In this document: piece by piece, positions 1-10,200 of the stretch
Layout: each line of letters starts with the position of its first letter
Numbering within the stretch: position 1 is the stretch's first letter
NCBI RefSeq assembly: GCF_964355755.1
Contig: NC_092671.1
Location: forward strand, 21,283,317-21,347,316
From: Antedon mediterranea
Lineage: Eukaryota > Animalia > Echinodermata
DNA: 64,000 nucleotides
Direction of reading: 5' to 3'
Translations under genes and position numbers: made by a program
The notes under the pieces: generated by a model
What the model saw: only the letters and a program-made list of their open reading frames with translations
Databases searched by the model: none
What the model was told of the DNA's origin: nothing

Positions 1-62
1 TTCAAATCGAATTTGGAGACATTTTAGACCAATTAGTGATTTTCGAAAAAACTTGGTTACAC

Positions 63-139
63 AAAAACATCAAAGTGGTTAAAATCACATTATAAACCGT
101 TTTAGACCATTTTGAGCATTTCGATAACACTTTTCACAC
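63..139 (+). repeat. Example of short 77-bp monomer (type B)
   Basis: Lacks GAATAGCTTC (10 bp) plus 1 bp near the 3' end and carries the diagnostic AAATCACATTATAAACCG. Recurs every few monomers throughout the window. Confidence 0.93.
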
Positions 140-919
140 AAAAACATCAAAGTGCTTAGAATAGCTTCAAATCGCATTTGGAGACGTTTTAGACCATTTT
201 GTGATTTTCGAAAAAAACTTTTTAACATAAAAACACCAAACTGCTAAGAATAGCTTCAAATCGCATATGGAGACAATTTAGACCATTTTGTGATTTTCGA
301 AAAAACTTGTTAACATAAAAACACCAAAGTGCTTAGAATACCTTCAAATCGCATTTGGAGACATTTTAGACCATTTTGTGATTTTCGAAAAAACTTGTTA
401 ACATAAAAACATCAAAGTGCTAAGAATAGCTTCCAATCGCATTTGGAGACGTTTTAGACCATTTTGTGATTTTCGAAAAAACTTGTTAACATAAAAACAC
501 CAAAGTGATTAGAATAGCTTCAAATCGCATTTGGAGACGTTTTAGACCATTTTGTGCATTTCGATGAAACTTGGTTACGCAAAAACATCAAAGTGCTTAA
601 AATCACATTATAAACCGTTTTAGACCATTTTGAGCATATCGATAACACTTTTTACACAAAACACCAAAGTGCTTAGAATAGCTTCAAATCGCATTTGGAG
701 ACGTTTTAGACCATTTTGTGATTTTCGACAAAACTTTTTCACACAAAACACCAAAGTGCTTAGAATACCTTCAAATCGCATTTGGAGACGTTTTAGACCA
801 TTTTGTGATTTTCGAAAAAACTTGTTAACATAAAAACATCAAAGTGTACAGAATAGCTTCAAATCGCATTTGGAGACGTTTTAGACCATTTTGTGATTTT
901 CGAAAAAACTTGTTAACAT

Positions 920-1007
920 AAAAACACCAAAGTGCTTAGAATAGCTTCAAATCGCATTTGGAGACGTTTTAGACCATTTTGTGATTTTCGAAAAAACTTG
1001 TTAACAT
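920..1007 (+). repeat. Example of canonical 88-bp monomer (type A)
   Basis: Read directly: AAAAACACCAAAGTGCTTAGAATAGCTTCAAATCGCATTTGGAGACGTTTTAGACCATTTTGTGATTTTCGAAAAAACTTGTTAACAT. Contains palindromes TTTTCGAAAA and TGTTAACA. Confidence 0.97.
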
Positions 1008-1383
1008 AAAAACACCAAAGTGCTTAGAATAGCTTCAAATCGCATTAGGAGACGTTTTAGACCATTTTGTGATTTTCGAAAAAACTTGTTAACATAAAAA
1101 CACCAAAGTGCTTAGAATAGCTTCAAATCGCATTTGGAGACGTTTTAGACCATTTTGTGATTTTCGAAAAAACTTGTTAACATAAAAAAAACAAAGTTCT
1201 TAAAATAGCTTCAAATCGCATTTGGAGACGTTTTAGACCATTTTGTGATTTTCGAAAAAACCTGTTAACATAAAAACACCAAAGTGTTTAGAAAAGCTTC
1301 AAATCGCATTTGGAGACGTTTTAGACCATTTTGGGATTTTCGAAAAAACTTGTTAACATAAAAACACCAAAGTGCTTAGAATA

Positions 1384-1394
1384 TGGCCGAGCGG
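1384..1394 (+). promoter_or_regulatory. RNA polymerase III box A (also at 19938, 22886, 50138)
   Basis: TGGCCGAGCGG fits TRGCnnARYGG and continues TTAAGGC, closing a GCC/GGC D-stem as in Leu/Ser-type tRNAs. Confidence 0.88.
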
Positions 1395-1449
1395 TTAAGG
1401 CAGGGGCGCCGTTTATCGTACCTAAAGAGCCAACAACAACATCGGCAAG

Positions 1450-1460
1450 GGTTCGAGGCC
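1450..1460 (+). promoter_or_regulatory. RNA polymerase III box B (also at 20004, 22952, 50204)
   Basis: GGTTCGAGGCC fits GGTTCRAnnCC. Confidence 0.88.
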
Positions 1461-1706
1461 GACTCGCTCCTAGTTCTGGTGGTGGAACAAGTCTTCTCGG
1501 ATAAGGACTATAAACCGTAGGTCCAGTGTACACAGTTATAACATGTGTGTACTTTAAAGAACCCAGTTCATTATTCGAAAAAGAGTAGGGGGTTACCCCG
1601 GTGAACTGGTTCACACAATAGCCTCTGTATCAGGGGGATTACCACCTATCTGATAGGACAGTGATTAATTCACTATTGGTAATCCTTGGCCACAGTGCCT
1701 AAAGAC

Positions 1707-1736
1707 ATAAAATAAAATAAAAATAAATAAATAAAT
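1707..1736 (+). repeat. SINE A-rich tail, TAAAA/TAAA units
   Basis: ATAAAATAAAATAAAAATAAATAAATAAAT, the same length in all four copies. Confidence 0.9.
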
Positions 1737-1763
1737 AATAGCTTCAAATCGCATTTGGAGACG

Positions 1764-1767
1764 TTTT
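1764..1767 (+). terminator. First T4 run downstream of the SINE; candidate Pol III terminator supplied by the satellite
   Basis: No run of four or more T inside the SINE on the + strand. ACGTTTTAG at 1761-1769 is followed by further T4 runs. Confidence 0.4.
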
Positions 1768-4127
1768 AGACCATTTTGTAATTTTCAAAAAAACTTGTTA
1801 ACATAAAAACACCAAAGTTCTTAGAATAGCTTCAAATCGCATTTGGAGACGTTTTAGACCATTTTGTGCATTTCGATGAAACTTGGTTACACAAAAACAT
1901 CAAAGTGCTTAAAATCACATTATAAACCGTTTTAGACCATTTGAGCATTTCGATAACACTTTTCACACAAAAACATCAAAGTTCACAATATAGCTTAATA
2001 TCCTATTTAAAAACGTTTTAGACCATTTTGAGCATTTCGACAAAACTTTTTCACACAAAACACCAAAGTGCTTAGAATACCTTCAAATCGCATTTGGAGA
2101 CGTTTTAGACAATTTTGTGATTTTCGAAAAAACTTGTTAACATAAAAACATCAAAGTTTACAGAATAGCTTCAAATCGCATTTGGAGACGTTTTAGACAA
2201 TTTTGTGATTTTCGAAAAAACTTGTTAACATAAAAACACCAAAGTGCTTAGAATAGCTTCAAATCGCATTGGGAGACGTTTTAGACCATTTTGTGATTTT
2301 CGAAAAAACTTGTTAACATAAAAACACCAAAGTGCTTAGAATAGCTTCAAATCGCATTTGGAGACGTTTTAGACCATTTTGTGATTTTCGAAAAAACTTG
2401 TTAACATAAAAACACCAAAGTTCTTAAAATAACTTCAAATCGCATTTGGAGACGTTTTAGACCATTTTGTGATTTTCGAAAAAACTTGTTAACATAAAAA
2501 CACCAAAGTGTTTAGAAAAGCTTCAAATCGCATTTGGAGACGTTTTAGACCATTTTGGGATTTTTGAAAAAACTTGTTAACATAAAAACACCAAAGTGCT
2601 TAGAATAGCTTCAAATCGCATTTGGAGACGTTTTAGACCATTTTGTAATTTTCAAAAAAACTTGTTAACATAAAAACACCAAAGTTCTTAGAATAGCTTC
2701 AAATCGCATTTGGAGACGTTTTAGACCATTTTGTGCATTTCGATGAAACTTGGTTACACAAAAACATCAAAGTGCTTAAAATCACGTTATAAACCGTTTT
2801 AGACCATTTGAGCATTTCGATAACACTTTTCACACAAAAACATCAAAGGGCACAATATAGCTTAATATCCTATTTAAAAACGTTTTAGACCATTTTGAGC
2901 ATTTCGACAAAACTTTTTCACACAAAACACCAAAGTGCTTAGAATACCTTCAAATCGCATTTGGAGACGTTTTAGACAATTTTGTGATTTTCGAAAAAAC
3001 TTAACATAAAAACATCAAAGTTTACAGAATAGCTTCAAATCGCTTTTGGAGACGTTTTAGACAATTTTGTGATTTTCGAAAAAACTTGTTAACATAAAAA
3101 CACCAAAGTGCTTAGAATAGCTTCAAATCGCATTGGGAGACGTTTTAGACCATTTTGTGATTTTCGAAAAAACTTGTTAACATAAAAACATCAAAGTGTA
3201 CAGAATAGCTTCAAATCGCATTTGGAGACGTTTTAGACCATTTTGTGATTTTCGAAAAAACTTGTTAACATAAAAACACCAAAGTGCTTAGAATAGCTTC
3301 AAATCGCATTTGGAGACGTTTTAAACCATTTTGTGATTTTCGAAAAAACTTGTTAACATAAAAACACCAAAATGTTTAGAATAGCTTCAAATCGCATTTG
3401 GAGACGTTTTAGACCATTTTGTGATTTTCGAAAAAACTTGTTAACACAAAAACACCAAAGTGATTAGAATAGCTTCAAATCGCATTTGGAGACGTTTTAG
3501 ACCATTTTGTGATTTTCGAAAAAACTTGTTAACATAAAAACACCAAAGTGATTAGAATAGCTTCAAATCGCATTTGGAGACGTTTTAGACCATTTTGTGC
3601 ATTTCGATGAAACTTGGTTACGCAAAAACATCAAAGTGCTTAAAATCACATTATAAACCGTTTTAGACCATTTTGAGCATATCGATAACACTTTTTACAC
3701 AAAACACCAAAGTGCTTAGAATAGCTTCAAATCGCATTTGGAGACGTTTTAGACCATTTTGTGATTTTCGACAAAACTTTTTCACACAAAACACCAAAGT
3801 GCTTAGAATACCTTCAAATCGCATTTGGAGACGTTTTAGACCATTTTGTGATTTTCGAAAAAACTTGTTAACATAAAAACATCAAAATGTTTAGAATAGC
3901 TTCAAATCACATTTGGAGACGTTTTAGACCATTTTGTGATTTTCGAAAAAACTTGTTAACACAAAAACACCAAAGTGATTAGAATAGCTTCAAATCGCAT
4001 TTGGAGACGTTTTAGACCAATTTGTGCATTTCGATGAAACTTGGTTACGCAAAAACATCAAAGTGCTTAAAATCACATTATAAACCGTTTTAGACCATTT
4101 TGAGCATATCGATAACACTTTTCACAC

Positions 4128-4215
4128 AAAAACATCAAAGAGCACAATATAGCTTAATATCTTATTTAAAAACGTTTTAGACCATTTTGAGCATTTCGAC
4201 AAAACTTTTTCACAC
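4128..4215 (+). repeat. Example of divergent AT-rich monomer (type C)
   Basis: Diagnostic GAGCACAATATAGCTTAATATC(T/G/C)TATTTAAAAACG replaces GTGCTTAGAATAGCTTCAAATCGCATTTGGAGACG. Almost always directly follows a type B monomer. Confidence 0.92.
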
Positions 4216-7200
4216 AAAACACCAAAGTGCTTAGAATAGCTTCAAATCGCATTTGGAGACGTTTTAGACCATTTTGTGATTTTCGAAAAAACTTGTTAAC
4301 ATAAAAACATCAAAGTGCTAAGAATAGCTTCAAATCGCATTTGGAGACATTTTAGACCAATTAGTGATTTTCGAAAAAACTTGGTTACACAAAAACATCA
4401 AAGTGGTTAAAATCACATTATAAACCGTTTTAGACCATTTTGAGCATTTCGATAACACTTTTCACACAAAAACATCAAAGTGCTTAGAATAGCTTCAAAT
4501 CGCATTTGGAGACGTTTTAGACCATTTTGTGATTTTCGAAAAAAACTTTTTAACATAAAAACACCAAACTTCTAAGAATAGCTTCAAATCGCATATGGAG
4601 ACAATTTAGACCATTTTGTGATTTTCGAAAAAACTTGTTAACATAAAAACACCAAAGTGCTAAGAATAGCTTCAAATCGCATATGGAGACAATTTAGACC
4701 ATTTTGTGATTTTCGAAAAAACTTGGTTACACAAAAACATCAAAGTGGTTAAAATCACATTATAAACCGTTTTAGACCATTTTGAGCATTTCGATAACAC
4801 TTTTCACACAAAAACATCAAAGTGCTTAGAATAGCTTCAAATCGCATTTGGAGACGTTTTAGACCATTTTGTGATTTTCCAAAAAACTTGTTAACATAAA
4901 AACATCAAAGTGTACAGAATAGCTTCAAATCGCATTTGGAGACGTTTTAGACCATTTTGTGATTTTCGAAAAAACTTGTTAACATAAAAACACCAAAGTG
5001 CTTAGAATAGCTTCAAATCGCATTAGGAGACGTTTTAGACCATTTTGTGATTTTCGAAAAAACTTGTTAACATAAAAACACCAAAGTGCTTAGAATAGCT
5101 TCAAATCGCATTTGGAGACGTTTAAGACCATTTTGTGATTTTCGAAAAAACTTGTTAACATAAAAACACCAAAGTGCTTAGAATAGCTTCAAATCGCATT
5201 TGGAGACGTTTTAGACCAATTTGTGATTTTCGAAAAAACTTGGTTACACAAAAACATCAAAGTGGATAAAAGCACATTATAAACCGTTTTAGACCATTTT
5301 GAGCATTTCGATAACACATTTCACACAAAAACATCAAAGAGCACAAAATAGCTTAATATCGTATTTAAAAACGTTTTAAACCATTTTGAGCATTTCGACA
5401 AAACTTTTTCACACAAAACACCAAAGTGTTTAGAAAAGCTTCAAATCGCATTTGGAGACGTTTTAGACCATTTTGGGATTTTCGAAAAAACTTGTTAACA
5501 TAAAAACACCAAAGTGCTTAGAATAGCTTCAAATCGCATTTGAAGACGTTTTAGACCATTTTGTAATTTTCGAAAAAACTTGTTAACATAAAAACACCAA
5601 AATGTTTAGAATAGCTTCAAATCGCATTTGGAGACGTTTTAGACCATTTTGTGATTTTCGAAAAAACTTGTTAACACAAAAACACCAAAGTGATTAGAAT
5701 AGCTTCAAATCGCATTTGGAGACGTTTTAGACCATTTTGTGATTTTCGAAAAAACTTGTTAACATAAAAACACCAAAGTGATTAGAATAGCTTCAAATCG
5801 CATTTGGAGACGTTTTAGACCATTTTGTGCATTTCGATGAAACTTGGTTACGCAAAAACATCAAAGTAATAATCACATTATAAACAGTTTTAGACCATTT
5901 TGAGCATATCGATAAAACTTTTTACACAAAACACCAAAGTGCTTAGAATAGCTTCAAATCGCATTTGGAGACGTTTTAGACCATTTTGTGATTTTCGACA
6001 AAACTTTTTCACACAAAACACCAAAGTGCTTAGAATACCTTCAAATCGCATTTGGAGACGTTTTAGACCATTTTGTGATTTTCGAAAAAACTTGTTAACA
6101 TAAAAACATCAAAGTGTACAGATTAGCTTCAAATCGCATTTGGAGACGTTTTAGACCATTTTGTGATTTTCGAAAAAACTTGTTAACATAAAAACACCAA
6201 AGTGCTTAGAATAGCTTCAAATCGCATTAGGAGACGTTTTAGACCATTTTGTTATTTTCGAAAAAACTTGTTAACATAAAAACACCAAAATGTTTAGAAT
6301 AGCTTCAAATCGCATTTGGAGACGTTTTAGACCATTTTGTGATTTTCGAAAAAACTTGTTAACATAAAAACACCAAAGTGCTTAGAATACCTTCAAATCG
6401 CATTTGGAGACGTTTTAGACCATTTTGTGATTTTCCAAAAAACTTGTTAACATAAAAACATCAAAGTGTACAGAATAGCTTCAAATCGCATTTGGAGACG
6501 TTTTAGACCATTTTGTGATTTTCGAAAAAACTTGTTAACATAAAAACACCAAAGTGCTTAGAATAGCTTCAAATCGCATTAGGAGACGTTTTAGACCATT
6601 TTGTGATTTTCGAAAAAACTTGTTAACATAAAAACACCAAAGTGCTTAGAATAGCTTCAAATCGCATTTGGAGACGTTTTAGACCATTTTGTGATTTTCG
6701 AAAAAACTTGTTAACATAAAAACACCAAAATGTTTAGAATAGCTTCAAATCACATTTGGAGACGTTTTAGACCATTTTGTGATTTTCGAAAAAACTTGTT
6801 AACACAAAAACACCAAAGTGATTAGAATAGCTTCAAATCGCATTTGGAGACGTTTTAGACCAATTTGTGCATTTCGATGAAACTTGGTTACGCAAAAACA
6901 TCAAAGTGCTTAAAATCACATTATAAACCGTTTTAGACCATTTTGAGCATATCGATAACACTTTTCACACAAAAACATCAAAGAGCACAATATAGCTTAA
7001 TATCTTATTTAAAAACGTTTTAGACCATTTTGAGCATTTCGACAAAACTTTTTCACACAAAACACCAAAGTGCTTAGAATAGCTTCAAATCGCATTTGGA
7101 GACGTTTTAGACCATTTTGTGATTTTCGAAAAAACTTTTTCACACAAAACACCAAAGTGCTTAGAATACCTTCAAATCGCATTTGGAGACGTTTTAGACC

Positions 7201-10200
7201 ATTTTGTGATTTTCGAAAAAACTTGTTAACATAAAAACATCAAAGTGTACAGAATAGCTTCAAATCGCATTTGGAGACGTTTTAGACCATTTTGTGATTT
7301 TCGAAAAAACTTGTTAACATAAAAACACCAAAGTGCTTAGAATAGCTTCAAATCGCATTAGGAGACGTTTTAGACCATTTTGTGATTTTCGAAAAAACTT
7401 GTTAACACAAAAACACCAAAGTGCTTAGAATAGCTTCAAATCGCATTTGGAGACGTTTTAGACCATTTTGTGATTTTCGAAAAAACTTGTTAATATAAAA
7501 ACACCAAAGTACTTAGAATAGCTTCAAATCGCATTTGGAGACGTTTTAAACCATTTTGTGATTTTCGAAAAAACTTGTTAACATAAAAACACCAAAATGT
7601 TTAGAATAGCTTCAAATCGCATTTGGAGACGTTTTAGACCATTTTGTGATTTTCGAAAAAACTTGTTAACACAAAAACACCAAAGTGATTAGAATAGCTT
7701 CAAATCGCATTTGGAGACGTTTTAGACCATTTTGTGCATTTCGATGAAACTTGGTTACGGAAAAACATCAAAGTGCTTAAAATCACATTATAAACCGTTT
7801 TAGACCATTTTGAGCATTTCGATAACACATTTCACACAAAAACATCAAAGAGCACAAAATAGCTTAATATCGTATTTAAAAACGTTTTAAACCATTTTGA
7901 GCATTTCGACAAAACTTTTTCACACAAAACACCAAAGTGTTTAGAAAAGCTTCAAATCGCATTTGGAGACGTTTTAGACCATTTTGGGATTTTCGAAAAA
8001 ACTTGTTAACATAAAAACACCAAAGTGCTTAGAATACCTTCAAATCGCATTTGGAGACGTTTTAGACCATTTTGTAATTTTCGAAAAAACTTGTTAACAT
8101 AAAAACACCAAAGTGCTAAGAATAGCTTCAAATCGCATTTGGAGACGTTTTAGACCAATTTGTGATTTTCGAAAAAACTTGGTTACACAAAAACATCAAA
8201 GTGCTTAAAATCACATTATAAAACCGTTTTAGACCATTTTGAGCATTTCGATAACACTTTTCACACAAAAACATCAAAGAGCATAAAATAGGTTAATATC
8301 GTATTTAAAAACGTTTTAGACCATTTTGAGCATTTCGACAAAACTTTTTCACACAAAACACCAAAGTGTACAGAATAGCTTAATATCGTATTTAAAAACG
8401 TTTTAGACCATTTTGTGATTTTCGAAAAAACTTGTTAACATAAAAACACCAAAATGTTTAGAATAGCTTCAAATTGCATTTGGAGACGTTTTAGACCATT
8501 TTGTGATTTTCGAAAAAACTTGTTAACACAAAAACACCAAAGTGATTAGAATAGCTTCAAATCGCATTTGGAGACGTTTTAGACCATTTTGTGATTTTCG
8601 AAAAAACTTGTTAACATAAAAACACCAAAGTGATTAGAATAGCTTCAAATCGCATTTGGAGACGTTTTAGACCATTTTGTGCATTTCGATGAAACTTGGT
8701 TACGCAAAAACATCAATGTGCTTAAAATCACATTATAAACCGTTTTAGACCATTTTGAGCATATCCATAAAACTTTTTACACAAAACACCAAAGTGCTTA
8801 GAATAGCTTCAAATCGCATTTGGAGACGTTTTAGACCATTTTGTGATTTTCGAAAAAACTTGTTAATATAAAAACACCAAAGTACTTAGAATAGCTTCAA
8901 ATCGCATTTGGAGACGTTTTAAACCATTTTGTGATTTTCGAAAAAACTTGTTAACATAAAAACACCAAAATGTTTAGAATAGCTTCAAATCGCATTTGGA
9001 GACGTTTTAGACCATTTTGTGATTTTCGAAAAAACTTGTTAACACAAAAACACCAAAGTGATTAGAATAGCTTCAAATCGCATTTGGAGACGTTTTAGAC
9101 CATTTTGTGCATTTCGATGAAACTTGGTTACGGAAAAACATCAAAGTGCTTAGAATAGCTTCAAATCGCATTTGGAGACGTTTTAGACCATTTTGTGATT
9201 TTCGAAAAAACTTGTTAACATAAAAACACCAAAATGTTTAGAATAGCTTCAAATCGCATTTGGAGACGTTTTAGACCATTTTGTGATTTTCGAAAAAACT
9301 TGTTAACACAAAAACACCAAAGTGATTAGAATAGCTTCAAATCGCATTTGGAGACGTTTTAGACCATTTTGTGCATTTCGATGAAACTTGGTTACGCAAA
9401 AACATCAAAGTGCTTAAAATCACATTATAAACCGTTTTAGACCATTTTTAGCATATCGATAACACTTTTCACACAAAAACATCAAAGAGCACAATATAGC
9501 TTAATATCGTATTTAAAAACGTTTTAGACCATTTTGAGCATTTCGACAAAACTTTTTCACACAAAACACCAAAGTGCTTAGAATAGCTTCAAATCGCATT
9601 TGGAGACGTTTTAGACCATTTTGTGATTTTCGAAAAAACTTGTTAACATAAAAACATCAAAGGGCTAAGAATAGCTTCAAATCGCATTTGGAGACATTTT
9701 AGACCAATTAGTGATTTTCGAAAAAACTTGGTTACACAAAAACATCAAAGTGGTTAAAATCACATTATAAACCGTTTTAGACCATTTTGAGCATTTCGAT
9801 AACACTTTTTACACAAAAACATCAAAGTGCTTAGAATAGCTTCAAATCGCATTTGGAGACGTTTTAGACCATTTTGTGATTTTCGAAAAAAACTTTTTAA
9901 CATAAAAACACCAAACTGCTAAGAATAGCTTCAAATCGCATATGGAGACAATTTAGACCATTTTGTGATTTTCGAAAAAACTTGTTAACATAAAAACACC
10001 AAAGTGCTTAGAATACCTTCAAATCGCATTTGGAGACATTTTAGACCATTTTGTGATTTTCGAAAAAACTTGTTAACATAAAAACATCAAAGTGCTAAGA
10101 ATAGCTTCCAATCGCATTTGGAGACGTTTTAGACCATTTTGTGATTTTCGAAAACAACTTGTTAACATAAAAACACCAAAGTGCTTAGAATAGCTTCAAA

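Larger units (their letters stand above)
1384..1736 (+). mobile_element. tRNA-derived SINE, probable Deu/Nin-domain superfamily, copy 1
   Basis: Box A TGGCCGAGCGG, box B GGTTCGAGGCC, central TCGGATAAGGACTATAAACCGTAGGTCC...AAGAGTAGGGGGTTACCCCGGTG resembling the DeuSINE core (from recall), A-rich tail, and AATA on both sides (1380-1383, 1737-1740). Confidence 0.92.

Noticed and set aside
42-58. CENP-B box-like motif (TTCGAAAAAACTTGG vs TTCGnnnnAnnCGGG)
   Set aside because: Only 7 of 9 essential positions match and the second CpG is missing; such partial matches are expected in this composition.
630-833. Repeated 67-aa ORF (MSISITLFTQNTKV...) and its ~20 copies
   Set aside because: It starts at TTG and is just a translation of two 87-bp satellite periods that happen to stay in frame. 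The canonical 88-bp period breaks the frame, and there is no gene context.
1430-1441. (CAA)n microsatellite
   Set aside because: Under four full units and part of the SINE head; not an independent feature.
1384-1472. Functional tRNA gene
   Set aside because: The 5' acceptor strand is missing, there is no clear anticodon arm, and the canonical T-stem is mismatched. It continues into a SINE body and tail.
1321-1614. 97-aa minus-strand ORF (four copies)
   Set aside because: GTG start, antisense to the SINE and running into satellite sequence; no recognisable protein motif.
1636-1685. Hammerhead ribozyme in the three-way junction (CTGATAG resembles CUGANGA)
   Set aside because: No GAAA follows the candidate stem II, and CTGATAGG is itself paired in a hairpin; the catalytic core is not satisfied on either strand.
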